From NCBI RefSeq assembly GCF_006345805.1, contig NC_043002.1, positions 108,376,001-108,440,000 of the forward strand: a stretch of 64,000 nt of DNA, written 5' to 3'. The notes beneath the pieces are model-generated. The model did no database searches and was not told where the DNA came from. It was given only the letters and a program-made list of their open reading frames with translations. Position numbers and translations under genes: made by a program. The DNA is from Octopus sinensis. Lineage: Eukaryota. Shown in pieces: positions 25,055-38,379 of this stretch (the stretch's first letter is position 1; each line of letters begins with the position of its first letter).

Positions 25055-25525
25055 GGTGGTGAACTGGTAGACACATTAGCAGGCCAGGTAAACTGCTTAG
25101 CGGTATTTCATCGGTGAGCTGGCAGAATCGTTAGCACGCTGAGCGAAATGCATCGCCGAATTTCGTCTGCCGTTACGTTCTGAGTTCAAATTCCGCCGAG
25201 GTCGACTTTGCCGTTCATCCTTTCGGGGTCGATTAAATAAGTACAGTTACGCACTGGGGTCGATATAATCGACTTAATCCGTTTGTCTGTCCTTGTTCGT
25301 CCTCTCTGTGTTTAGCCCCTTGTGGGTAGTAAAGAAATAGGTATTTCATCTGCCGTTACGTTCTGAGTTCAAATTCCGCCAAGGTCAACTTTCCCTTTCA
25401 TCCTTTCAGGTATCAATTAAATAAGTACCAGTTACACACTGGGGTTGATGTAATCAACTTAATCCCTTCATCTGTCTTTATTTGTCCCCTCTATGTTTAT
25501 CCCCCTGTGGGCAATAAAGAAATAA
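25055..25525 (+). mobile_element. SINE-A2 (25113-25339) nested inside an older SINE-A2
   Basis: 11-bp TSD GGTATTTCATC at 25102-25112 and 25340-25350. Confidence 0.92.
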
Positions 25526-26149
25526 ATATTTTATTAAATGTCATCAGAAATATTGGATTGCAGATCCTTCAGCAAGTCCTTTCTTTACAATATATCCTAC
25601 TTCTTTATGGTATACCAGTCATACATTATGGTGCAGTTGATACATTCATAGTATATCAAATGTTGTATCCTTTGATATAATGTCCATGGGTGGTGGAGGT
25701 ACTGAATTAAAAAATGTGGCCAAAATTGTTGTTGGAAAGATGGTGGATAATCTTGCAACCTTCTCCCAAGTCAAGCCACCACCCTTCCCCATTTTCAAGT
25801 AATTACATCAACTTGTTTACTTTTCAAAAGTATATATTGATGAGTGATTAGTGATCAGCCCTATTGACCCCTAGAGCTAAAAAAAAAAAGGGTCTCATGA
25901 TAGGCTGTGGTGAAAGAATTGATTTCAGCACAGCAGATCAATGACTCACATGTCAATTTTATAGTGTTTGCACTTTCTAGGAACCATTCACTGGTTATGC
26001 ATATATTTGTCCATTGTACCCTTCCTTATTTAAGACAGTAAGGTGTATTTAAGGGTCATTCAGCTGCCATTTCTAGTAAGGTGAATGACCTCATAGAGGC
26101 TGCCTCATTATTTCAAGAATATATTGTCAGGCTTAGTATGTATGGTCAG

Positions 26150-26210
26150 CAATAACACATACACACATGTATACATGTATGTCATGTATGTATATGTGCA
26201 TGTGTGTGAG

Positions 26211-26242
<32 letters not shown>

Positions 26243-26462
26243 CACACACACACACATATATATATATATAGCTTGAATCTTTGTTTCTGGGCTAATTGTT
26301 CTTGAATTGCTTTCCTGGTCAACAGCAGAACAATGAAATAAATTAAACATTTTTTAATTGCCAACCAGACCGGAACTGTCTCTCTTTGATCTTTCCGGCA
26401 TTCCAGATTTTGTTGTCTTTTTATGACTTTTCCCTGGATGACAGAGAACAACTGTTAAGTTG

Positions 26463-26504
<42 letters not shown>

Positions 26505-26523
26505 ATTTTTATTATTATTATTA

Positions 26524-26578
<55 letters not shown>

Positions 26579-26685
26579 CATTATTATTATTGTTCTTGTT
26601 GTTATTATTAGTTTCTGACCGACTTTTAATCCAATTAATTGTGACAGTCATTACAATACTACTACTGCTGCTGCTACTACTACAC

Positions 26686-26729
<44 letters not shown>

Positions 26730-26734
26730 GTGTG

Positions 26735-26780
<46 letters not shown>

Positions 26781-26840
26781 CATGTATATATACACACACA
26801 CATACTTACACAAATACACACACACACACACACACACATC
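26150..26840. repeat. Compound microsatellite cluster: (TA)n, (TTA)n, (CTA)n, (CA)n
   Basis: Read directly. Source of the poly-Ile, poly-Asn and poly-Ser pseudo-ORFs. Confidence 0.97.
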
Positions 26841-27412
26841 ATTGGCAGGGGTGGGGAGAAATATTTATGTAGTTAGGTAGGTAGACAGATAAAATGATAG
26901 ATGGATATCAGAGATATTGGGGAGGGGGTGGGAAATAGTCTGAGAGCTAGTTAGGTCTAACCATAATTTGTTAAATATACATACCCCCCCCACACACACA
27001 TTTTACTCTCTCAAGGTGTAGATCCCTATCAGGACATTAACATTAATTTATCAGCCAGATAAAGAAGTATATATGTATGTGTTAAGGTTTCACCCACCAC
27101 TTAGCCTTTCTTAAACTTTGGTACTTTATTATGTCAAGCCATAAATATTTATTTTCTAAGAGATGTTACAAGCATGTATATATATTACACATATTTGGGG
27201 CTGTTCAGCTTATTCTCTTGTACTTGGTTTCTTTTACCCAAAACACATAACACTGTGTTGTTATAAATTAGATATATCGTTATAAGAGTTCTGTTTGTCC
27301 ACTGATGATTGTGTAGGCAACATATGAAACGACGTTCATACAAATAATTATTTTAACATCTGTACATGTAAATTATGCTGTTTGCAGCATAATTTATGTT
27401 TACCTGTACTCA

Positions 27413-28070
27413 TTCTTTTACTAGTTTCTGTCATTTAACTGCAGCCATGCTGGAGCACCGCCTTTAGTCAAGCAGATCGACCCCCCAGAACTTATTCTTT
27501 GTAAGCCTAGTACTTATTCTATCGGTCTCGTTTGCTGAACTGCTAAGTTACGAAGAGGTAAACACACCAGCATCGGTTGTCAAGCAATGTTGCGGAAGGG
27601 AGGGGGACAAACACTGACGTATATATATACAACGGGCTTCTCTCAGTTTTCATCTACCAAATCCACTCACAAGGCTTTGGTCGGCCCAAGGCTATAGTTG
27701 AAGACACTTGCCCAAGGTGCCATGCAGTGGGACTGAACCCGAAACCATGTGGTTAATAAAGCAAGCTACTTACCACACACACACACACACACACACACAA
27801 TACATCATCATCATTTAATGTCCATTTTCCATGCTAGCATGGGTTGGACGGTTCTCACCGGGTCTGGGAAGCCTGGAGGCTGCACCAGGCTCCAGTCTGA
27901 TCGGGCAGTGTTTCTACAGCAGGATGCCCTTCCTAATGCCAACCACTCCATGAGTGTAGTGGGTGCTTTTTACATGCCACCAGCACAGGGGCCAGAGGAA
28001 GCTGGCAATGGCCACGTTTGGATGGTGCTTTTTACGTACCACTGGCACGGGTATCACAACTACAATTTCC
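27413..28070 (-). mobile_element. SINE-B (27413-27778) followed by an RTE family 1 3' UTR (27803-28070)
   Basis: Matches the two family consensuses. Confidence 0.88.
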
Positions 28071-28289
28071 ATTTGATTTTTATTTCAATGTTGATGTACA
28101 TACATATACTCCATTTGTGGGTTAACGAGGCTACCACTGGTTTTATGCTGAGAATTCTCAGCAATATCATGCCTGCTACATGGGACATTGGTATTCATTT
28201 TCATCTTGGATGAGACTACAGTAGATGTACATTTATGTATATGCATATAGATAAATAGAATTGGATCATTAGCCCCTACACGCAATTTT

Positions 28290-28445
28290 TTTCTCTCCTT
28301 GTTTCTTTTCTGTGTATCTTTCTGTCAAAGAGCATAGGCTCGAAACATAAAAGACTTGTTTTATTTCTATTCCTGAGCGCCATACTAATACATTATCTGT
28401 TTGTACTCCACCTGCCTTCGTCTTTTGTTTATTTTCGTAAACCTT
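28290..28445 (+). mobile_element. Penelope-like terminal fragment with decayed hammerhead motif
   Basis: TCTTT CTGTCAA A GAGC ATAG GCTC GAAAC ATA AAAGA. Stems I and II are present, the core is mutated. Confidence 0.6.
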
Positions 28446-28794
28446 CCGTTAGGTAGGTAGGTAGGTAGGTAGATAGATATATAGATAGATATATGGATAG
28501 ATAGATAGATACCAACAGATAGTGATGTTATTAAAGGTAGTAAAAGCAGTATATATGTTCATCTGTGAGTTTTGACTTCTTTAAGTGCAGTATTCCTATG
28601 TTCAGAAAATGATGGGCCAGATACCAGTGGCATATGGTGGTTGTTACAAGGTATTTTACTGTATTACTTTGGCATAAATCATATTTTATGGCCTCACCCC
28701 TGTCCTTGCACTAATCACTACACCCAATCCTTCTGCCTCTCCCAAGTCTCTGGCCCTCTAGAATTCTCTTATGACACATTTTTCAAGCAGAAAT

Positions 28795-28874
28795 CACCAC
28801 CACCACCATTATTATTATTATATTATTATTATTATTATTATTGGCCTTGGACCAAAATGAATAAGAATTAATAA

Positions 28875-28920
<46 letters not shown>

Positions 28921-28980
28921 GGTGGTGGTGGTGGTGGTGTCAACAGTGTTTGTTTACATTCCAGTTTAATTCAAGGTGTA

Positions 28981-29012
<32 letters not shown>

Positions 29013-29020
29013 ATGATAAT
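28795..29020. repeat. Compound microsatellite (CAC)(TTA)(GTT)(GGT)(CAT)
   Basis: Read directly. Confidence 0.95.
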
Positions 29021-29311
29021 TAGATATAAATAAATGGTTGAAGTTTATCTAAACTCTTTCCCTCTAATTTACATTGGAACTATTGAAACTGTAAACGTAT
29101 TCATTCACCTGAGGAAATTGTTCCCTTAATTTTCAAACAAGGCTTTATTATTGAAGCTGATGTTGATGATGATGATGATATAGTTTTTAAATAAGAAATA
29201 AGAATTTAGTTAACCTTTACTTGTACTTAGAACTAATAGCAAATAATTCAAGTTCTGGGAGTCTTCAGATAGAATTAGAATTTCTGGAATGAAGTAATTA
29301 ATATAGATGTA

Positions 29312-29342
<31 letters not shown>

Positions 29343-29347
29343 TTATG

Positions 29348-29394
<47 letters not shown>

Positions 29395-29410
29395 GTATAT
29401 ATATATATTC

Positions 29411-29469
<59 letters not shown>

Positions 29470-29472
<3 letters not shown>

Positions 29473-32162
29473 ATTGATTGATTGATTGATTGATTCTAGT
29501 TTCAGCTTATGAGCTGTGGCCATGCTGGGGCACCGCCATTTGGTGTTGCTACTTGGTTTCACTTCATGGAGGCTTTCTAGCAACTGCTATTTGGTGCATG
29601 AGAGAGTTTGATGCAGCTGCCCTCATCTGCCCCTCCTGCCGTGAAGTTGGTTCATCTGGGACACCTGACAGGAAGAGATCCAGCTTCATTTTAAAGACAT
29701 CTGTATCCACCCCATGCAGGTCTCTCAGGTTCTTCGGGAGGATATTGAAGAGCTGTGGGCCTCGGAAGCCCAGGCTATCACAGAATCTTGTCCTACATCT
29801 TGATGGCAGGTTTGGAGTCCTAGGCACCACGCAGTGGCGCCCAGTTCTGGCATTTGCGTAACTCTCGATGCCAAAGTTCAGGACACTTCCCTCCAGGATC
29901 TTCCAGATGTATATTATGGCATATCTTTCCCGCCTACGCTCCAGGGAATATAATTTTAATCTCTTGAGTCTTTCCCAGTAGCTTACATTCTGCATAGAGG
30001 CTATCTTCTTGTGTAGCTTTGTTGGATCGCCTCAAGTTCTGTGATCAACTTGACACTGGATGGTGACCATAGCTGAGAGCAATAGTCAAAGTGGCTTAGG
30101 ACAAGTGTCTTCCAGAGGACCATCATGGTTTCTTGTTCTCTTGTTCTAAAGGTTCTAAGAATCCATCCAGCCAGCCGTCTACATTTCATTGTCAGTTTAG
30201 CAACATGTACATGAAAGGTCGCGTCATCACTCATGTGAATACCCAGGTCACGCACTGATTGTGCCTCTGGGATTGCAATTCCTCGGGTCCAGGTATTCAT
30301 TGGGTATTGCATTCAGTTTTGCATGCTGATAGTATAAAGCTTGAAACTTTCCAGCATTGAACTGCATGCTATTCTTTTCAGCCCACTTGTATATTTCGTC
30401 CAGCTCACATTGCAGGTGTTTAGTGTCCTCAGGGTTCTGTATTGCCTGTGAAACTTTTGTATCATCTGCATAACTTGTGATCGTGGCTCTCTGCGTGGCT
30501 GAGGGCATGTCTGAGAGGGCCATTATGAACAGTAGTGGTCCCAGAACAGTGCCCTGCGGAACACCGCTCACTATTTGTGTGTTAATGGAGGTGGCCCCAT
30601 TGGCTACTACCACCTGACTTCTATCCTTCAGAAAGTCATGAAGCCATTCTCCCAGTTTTCCAACTATGTTGAGATCACGCAGTTTGTGACATATCATTCC
30701 ATGATCGACTTTATCAAAGGCCTTTGCAAAGTCGAGATATATCACTTCCACATTTGAGTGGTTGAGCAGCCGTTTCAGCACCCAGTCATAGTGTTGTAGG
30801 AGCTGAGTTAAACAGCTTCTCCCTGGTCGGAAACCATGTTGGGTGTCGGGCAGCAAGTCATTCTCTTCAAGGAAGGTGATCAGCTTCCTTCTGACTATTC
30901 GTTCCATGACCTTGCTGATGTGTGAGGTCAGAGAGATAGGTCTATAGTTCTTGGCTTCCGCTCTGCTACCTCCTTTATGAATGGGGCATATTTTACCTTC
31001 CTTCAGTTTTCCTGGAAGTTTGCCAGCTGCAAGGAAGCTCTGAAAGAGGAACTGCAGTGGTCTTGCTAGGACTCTCTTACATGCTTTTAGGAGGATTGCC
31101 GGGAATCCATCGGAGCCAGTAGCTGAGTCTGTTTTCATTTCATCTATAGCCTTGGTTACATCTCTTCCTTTATATCGATGTAATCTATCGTCGCCGCCTC
31201 TGATTTTATATCTGCAGTGGTAAAAAAGTCAGTTGGATTGGTGATTTGGAGATGCCCAAGGGGTGGAGTGAAAACACTCTTGAATTGCTCATTCAGTATT
31301 TCACTTACCCTCATTGGTTTTCCTGTAAGTGTGCCATCCTTTTCGAGGAGTGGCCCTATTCTACAGTGCACTGTAGCTGTTTCTTTGGCATACCTGTAGA
31401 AAGCTCTGGGGTTAGATTTTATGTTTTCTATAGCCCAGGCTACTTTGTCTGCTCTTTCTTTTTCATGGGAGAGTTGCAGACATTTTTCGATTTCCAACAG
31501 TTTTATTTTTAGGCGGGACTTTTCACTGCTTTCAATCTGTTTGTTTAGGCGATTTGAAAATTTCGTACGCCGTCTCATTAAAATTTTCCTCTCTCTGGGG
31601 ATTTTGTTCTTGTGTACAGTGGCCTTTCTCTCTGGGACACATTTGTAGCATATGGCTTGCATTACAGACATGAATTGTTGAAGTTTCACGTCGATGTCTG
31701 GCGAGGAGAGACATTTAGGCCAGTTTTGTTTGAGGATCTCTTTCTCAATTTGTTTCCAGTTTGCCTTATGGTAGTTCAAGCTGGAAAGATTTTGAGGTTT
31801 CTTGTAGGCTGCATGTCCGTGCTCTCTTTTGGCCCGTACATGGTCAGCTCTATCATGTTGTGATCCGAGAGTAGTGTCGGTGTCACTTTCACATTATGGA
31901 TGAGATCCATGTCATTTGTGAAGCAGAGATCCAGTGTGTTTCCTGCCCTGGTTGGTTGGAGTATTACCTGCTCCATGTACAGGGTGTTGATGAGGTTCAG
32001 GAGGGACCTCGCCTGTCCTCGTTCACATCTTGTCATTCCTGGGAGAGAAAGGCCCTCGGGCCATCTGACATTGGGCAGATTGAAGTCTCCCATAAGAAGC
32101 ACACCTATGTGTTGTTCTAATGTGGTTAGAATTTCTTCTATTTTTATAAGGCAGTCTTCAAA
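29470..32162 (-). mobile_element. 5'-truncated CR1-clade LINE (~2.7 kb) between (TA)n arrays
   Basis: APE C-terminus (GDFNLP..TLDLCF..SDHN), RT, C-terminus (YCSQLWSP, LYSLERRRERY), short 3' UTR and (ATCA)n tail. About 4 frame breaks. Confidence 0.96.
30248..31138 (-). pseudogene. CR1 reverse transcriptase domain fragment (296 aa)
   Basis: NYRPISLTS, GFRPGRSC, YLDFAKAFDKVDH, SGVPQGTVLGPLLF, YADDTK. Confidence 0.95.
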
Positions 32163-32264
32163 TATATATATATATTCATGTATATGTATGTATATATATA
32201 TATATATATACACACACACATATTTATATGTGTATATACATGTATATATGTGTGTGTATATGCA

Positions 32265-32302
<38 letters not shown>

Positions 32303-33349
32303 GATAGACAGATATACATATCTATACATATATATATATATATATATACATACACACACACATTTATATACATACACACATATATATACATCCTGAGTGA
32401 GAGAGAGAGAGGGAGAGAGATCTGAAGGCCTTCCTTGTTTTCTATTCCAAGAGCTTAATGAAGAGATATTATCAGTGTAACATTTCAGTTTGTCTCTGCG
32501 TTAGTTAGTAACATTAAATTTGAAATATGTTTCTCTTAACAGACCTGTAACATAACACGTAACTAACGAGATTGCAATACAATATTGACTGCAACGAGAC
32601 GTGTTATTGGTTTGCAACGAAAGAAAAAAAGGAAAAAAAAAATTATAAATTCTCTGTAAGTGGAAAAAACTTCTCTAATTTTTTTCTTTTTCTTTCAAAG
32701 AAAGCAATGTTGTGAAGAAATGGAACTTCATACCCCTTTGCTACCTCCACCCCAAATACCTAATATTTCACAGATGGGGTACAAATATTTCAGGAGAAAC
32801 TTTGCTTGGTTTTATTTTATCTCGTATTAATAGACACTTGTTAGTAATTCTTTCTAACAAAATAAATGGCTAAAACAAACTCATGTTTATATTTAGGATA
32901 AGAGAAATAATTCATAAATCTAAAAAAATATAAGTTTCAACCATTAATATTAACTAGAAGAAGAGGGAAAAAAAGGCCTTTTTGTGGCAAATCTGTATTG
33001 AAAGACTTTGGAGAGAATCTTCAACTTTTTTTTTCAAGATAACAGAGATGATGTAATGTGTTTAACTGTTTCACAGAATCTCAGTTAAGATGATAAATTC
33101 TTCATATGCAAACAAGTGGATTATGCACCAACTATATATAACCCAGAATATATGGAACCAGTCTAAATGCAGATGACTGGAACCTAAATATAGCAGCCAA
33201 AATTTAGTCTATGTTTTCTCAGACTATATAGTACAAAAGAACAAAAGCTTATACTGTATGAAGGATAGTTAGCTTTTGGGGTAGAAAGACTAGAGGGATT
33301 TTTTTAATAAGAACACCTATGTGTTTGTTTTATAATAATAATAATCATC

Positions 33350-34203
33350 ATCATCATCATCGTTTAACATCCGTTTTCCATGCTAGCATGGGTTGGACGG
33401 TTCGACTGGGTCTGGGAAGCCAGGAGGCTACACCAGGCTCCAGTCTGATCTGGCAGTGTTTCTACAGCAGGATGCTCTTCCTAACGCCTACCACTCTGTG
33501 AGTGTAGTGGGTGCTTTTTTTATGTGCCACTGGCACAGATGCAGGGGAGGCTGGCAACGGCTACGTTCGGATGGTGCTTTTTACATGCCACCAGCACAGG
33601 TATCCAACTACAATTTGTACAGGTATCCAATAATAATAATAACAATGATGATTTCATTTATTTGCCACCAGGCAAATGATGAGTGGGGACAATAAATACT
33701 AAGATAGACACAAAGTATGAGGGTTTACATATAATGAAATGATAAAATAATTAAATGAACAACCAAAAAAAAACCCGAAGTAAATATACACAGCATATAG
33801 GCGCAGGAGTGGCTGTGTGGTAAGTAGCTTGTTTACCAACCACATGGTTCCGGGTTCAGTCCCACTGCGTGGCACCTTGGGCAAGTGTCTTCTATTATAG
33901 CCTCGGGCCGACCAAAGCCTTGTAAGTGGATTTGGTAGACGGAAACTAAAAGAGGCCCGTCGTATATATGTATATATATGCGTGTGTGTGGTTGTGCTTC
34001 TGTGTTTGTCCCCCTAGCATTGCTTGACAACTGATGCTGGTGTGTTTATGTCCCCGTTACTTAGCGGTTCGGCAAAAAGAGACCGATAGAATAAGTACTG
34101 GGCTTACAAAAGAATAAGTCCCGGGGTTGAGTTGCTCGATTAAAGGCGGTGCTCCAGCATGGCCGCAGTCAAATGACTGAAACAAGTAAAAGAGTAAAAG
34201 AGT
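33350..34203. mobile_element. RTE family 1 3' UTR (33350-33620 minus) and full SINE-B (33797-34203 plus)
   Basis: Matches the family consensuses. Confidence 0.9.
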
Positions 34204-34546
34204 ATAAGGAAGGAAAATATATGGAGCATACAAAGGTTGAAAAGAAAAGATGAGGTGGGGGATGATAGAGATGTAGCCCTCCTGAATCAGGATGACTTCT
34301 AGGGATAACTGAGGAACCCCACAGTCCGAGATCTCTCTGAACACCAAGAGCTGGTGCCCTTTCCAGAAGCCTTGATACAGCAAATTACAGCTCACTCTTT
34401 TTCAACCTTAAAAGGATGAGCAAGAAAATACTTAAGAAATTTGTATTTTCTAAATATGGCAACTGGACCGTGAAATATTTGGTTTCAGCACACGAAAATG
34501 AGAGAGGAAAAACAAAATCACATGAAACAAAAAAGCAGACATTTAA

Positions 34547-34926
34547 CCATTTCATTACTGTATTTTGAGATGCTCTCTGTGTTTCTTTCAATTAATTTTA
34601 AATATAACAAAGAATTTAGTAAAATAATTTAGTTATCATTCAGTTAGTGTCAGGAACATAAATTGTGACTAAGGTTTTTGGTGGAAGATTTTAATTCAAA
34701 ACTTATGGAAACAAGACATTTGTACTCAGAGATAGAGCCATTTTCAGTCGGGTTGGTATCGAAAGGGTTAAGAATTGTTTCTCTGTTATATGTTTTAACC
34801 CTTTTCTTTAACCATATTCCTGTTGAGATGCTCTGTGTTTCTTTCAATTAATTTTAAATATAACAAAGAATTTAGTAAAATAACTTAGTTATCATTCAGC
34901 TAGTGTTAGGAACATAAATTGTGACT
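34547..34926. mobile_element. piggyBac-type MITE (34547-34767) plus a truncated second copy (34800-34926)
   Basis: TTAA-flanked first copy. The second lacks its right end. Confidence 0.85.
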
Positions 34927-35008
34927 AATCCAACCCCCACTAACGGAGACAAAACACAGATTTGAAATCATGGATGATGATGATATATATTATATATAGA
35001 AAATTTAG

Positions 35009-35314
35009 AAAATGGAGATGTAGTATTAATATAATTTATTATCTGCAAAAGTTCAACATACTCTCTTACAGCTGTTTCAATTTAGCCTAAAGGATTAAAT
35101 TATACCAATTAAATCATTTTATTAGGCATTCGTTACTTATATACATTAATTCACATTAATAGATGTACATATAAGCATTTTCATGAGAGCCTACTTTAAA
35201 CATACATATTTGTATCCATTGTGTACATGTGTTTTATGTACGTATATGTGTATGTATATTATATATATATGCATATATTGTTTCTTAGATTGTATATCTA
35301 TGAATGTGTACGTG

Positions 35315-35346
<32 letters not shown>

Positions 35347-36455
35347 AATATATATATTATATAATATATATTATAGTTAATCCAAACAAGAAAACACAAC
35401 AACGCGAGGACGTGGAACAAATATAGTATTATTGGACACTCAGGAAAGAAGGGAAGCAGGAGGGTTTAACATTTCGAGCGGAGCTCTTCGTCGGAAACAT
35501 AGGAGAAGGGAAGACAGAGGAAAAAAATCGCCAACGGTACACACGAGGTCATGAAAAGATGACTGTTTTTTTTGACCAGGGCTAATATATGTTGTATCCA
35601 TTTTTTCACATTAATTTCTTTCAATTTTATAAACAAATTACAAAAGTGTTTATTTATTTATTCTGTCATTCATATGATACTATTATTTACCATAACTCAC
35701 TATCTAACCTTTATTTATTTATTTACCAATTAGTACCCTGATTATATTCACATTATACATTACCCACTAAAATAACCTATGACCCACTGGCCCAGGTTTA
35801 TACCAACACTAGCAACAAAATGATATTCAGTCTGCTGAGATGATCTGAAAACACAATACCTCATAACCTAACAGTATATCTTTTCTACCCCTCTGATGAG
35901 ATCTGGCCTAATAAACTGATTTAATTATTGTAATTTAATCTTTAGGCTAAACTGAAACAGCTGTAAGAGAATATGTTGGATTTTTGCAGATAATAAATTA
36001 TATTAATGCTATATGTCCATTTTCTAAATTTTCTTTTGAATATTTATAAACCAAGATTTATATCTAGACCTATTATCAATATTATTACTCACAAAAAATA
36101 CTAGGCAATGAATCAGTGATTCATTGGATATTACTAACCTGGATATTACTAAAATGGAGATGTAGTATTAATATAATTTATTATCTGCAAAAGTTCAACA
36201 TACTCTCTTACAGCTGTTTCAATTTAGCCTAAAGGATTAAATTATACCAATTAAATCATTTTATTAGGCATTCGTTACTTATATACATTAATTCACATTA
36301 ATAGATGTACATATAAGCATTTTCATGAGAGCCTACTTTAAACATACATATTTGTATCCATTGTGTACATGTGTTTTATGTACGTATATGTGTATGTATA
36401 TTTATATATATATGCATATATTGTTTCTTAGATGTGTATATCTATGAATGTGTAC

Positions 36456-36494
<39 letters not shown>

Positions 36495-37253
36495 ATCCAA
36501 ACAAGAAAACACAACAACGCGAGGACGTGGAACAAATATAGTATTATTGGACACTCAGGAAAGAAGGGAAGCAGGAGGGTTTAACATTTCGAGCGGAGCT
36601 CTTCGTCGAAACATAGGAGAAGGGAAGACAGAGGAAAAAAATCGCCAACGGTACACACGAGGTCATGAAAAGATGACTGTTTTTTTTGACCAGGGCTATA
36701 TATGTTGTATCCATTTTTTCACATTAATTTCTTTCAATTTTATAAACAAATTACAAAAGTGTTTATTTATTTATTCTGTCATTCATATGATACTATTATT
36801 TACCATAACTCACTATCTAACCTTTATTTATTTATTTACCAATTAGTACCCTGATTATATTCACATTATACATTACCCACTAAAATAACCTATGACCCAC
36901 TGGCCCAGGTTTATACCAACACTAGCAACAAAATGATATTCAGTCTGCTGAGATGATCTGAAAACACAATACCTCATAACCTAACAGTATATCTTTTCTA
37001 CCCCTCTGATGAGATCTGGCCTAATAAACTGATTTAATTATTGTAATTTAATCTTTAGGCTAAACTGAAACAGCTGTAAGAGAATATGTTGGATTTTTGC
37101 AGATAATAAATTATATTAATGCTATATGTCCATTTTCTAAATTTTCTTTTGAATATTTATAAACCAAGATTTATATCTAGACCTATTATCAATATTATTA
37201 CTCACAAAAAATACTAGGCAATGAATCAGTGATTCATTGGATATTACTAACCT
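35009..37253 (+). repeat. Tandem duplication of a ~1.1-kb Penelope-like composite (35009-36140 and 36151-37253)
   Basis: Units nearly identical except (TA)n length and 1-bp indels. The junction repeats TGGATATTACTAA. Each unit starts with an inverted copy of its own later segment. Confidence 0.93.
35889..35969 (+). ncRNA. Minimal type I hammerhead ribozyme motif (second copy 37002-37082)
   Basis: CTGATGA at 35893, extended stem II (GCCTAA/TTAGGC), GAAA at 35954, palindromic stem III ACAGCTGT, GUA site. Stem I has only 3 of 4 bp. Confidence 0.55.
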
Positions 37254-37291
37254 TCAATGCAGGTATTTTAACCTCTAATTGAATTTTCTTG

Positions 37292-37700
37292 TACTCTTTT
37301 ACTTGTTTCAGTCATTTGACTGCGGCCATGCTGGAGCACCGCCTTTAATCGAGCAACTCGACTCCGGGACTTATTCTTTTGTAAGCCCAGTACTTATTCT
37401 ATCGGTCTCTTTTGCCAAACCACTAAGTAACGGGGACATAAACACACCAGCATCGGTTGTCATGCAATGCTAGGGGGACAAACACAGACATACAAACACA
37501 CACACGCATATATATATATATATATACGTATATACGACGGGCTTCTTTCAGTTTCTGTCTACCAAATCCACTCACAAGGCTTTGGTCGGCCTGAGGCTAT
37601 AGTAGAAGGCACCTGCCCAAGGTGCCACGCAGTGGGACTGAACCCGGAACCATGTGGTTGGTAAACAAGCTACTTACCACACAGCCACTCCTGCGCCTAT
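37292..37700 (-). mobile_element. Full-length SINE-B
   Basis: Matches the family consensus. Confidence 0.92.
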
Positions 37701-38379
37701 TTGTATGTATCATATATATATATTTCCAGTCACTGCAAGGTTATATTAACCCCAGTAGGACCAGGAAGCGGAAGTGGAGGTGGGGGGGGTAGATTATTGT
37801 AAAATATTTGTCCATGTATTTGTAGTTTCCTGAGAAATAATTTCACTTAACCAGAAGATTTAATCGATAAACACGTCTTGTATATAAACATGGGTGTATA
37901 TACAAAACATTCGGTATGAATATTTGTTAGACACATCACAACAGGGTGTGTAATGTTGATCTGTTATCTATGATTATTATGTAAATCTTGGCTCGTGTGT
38001 GTATGTGTGTCTATATGTGTATGAACCTATATGTGTGTGTGTCTGTGTGTACATCTATATATGTATGTGTGCTTAGCTATATTTGAGTGTGTGTTTATGT
38101 GTGTGCATTTATATATCTGTGTGTGTGTCTACTTGTGTGTGTATATCTATATGTTTATGTGTGTATGTGTATATGAATGTGATTATGTATGGTGAGTGTA
38201 TGTTAATTGTATGCATGACAGTATGTATGTGAATACATCTGTACATATGTTTATATGTCTATACTTGTAGCACAATGCATAGTATGTTTGTGTATATGTA
38301 CATGCCTGAGTGTGTGTGTGTGTAAGACTGTCTGTATACATGCATGTGTTTGAGTCATAAGAAGCACATGCATACAAAG

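Noticed and set aside
26108-26880. Poly-Ile, poly-Asn, poly-Ser, poly-Val and poly-Leu ORFs
   Set aside because: They are translations of (TTA)n, (CTA)n and (TA)n microsatellites.
16163-28650. Other AG..GT open segments (16163-16219, 21520-21565 minus, 22722-22824, ~25650-25800, 28605-28649)
   Set aside because: No recognisable protein and no consistent chain. Dozens of such sites are expected by chance in 64 kb of AT-rich DNA. RNA-seq is needed.
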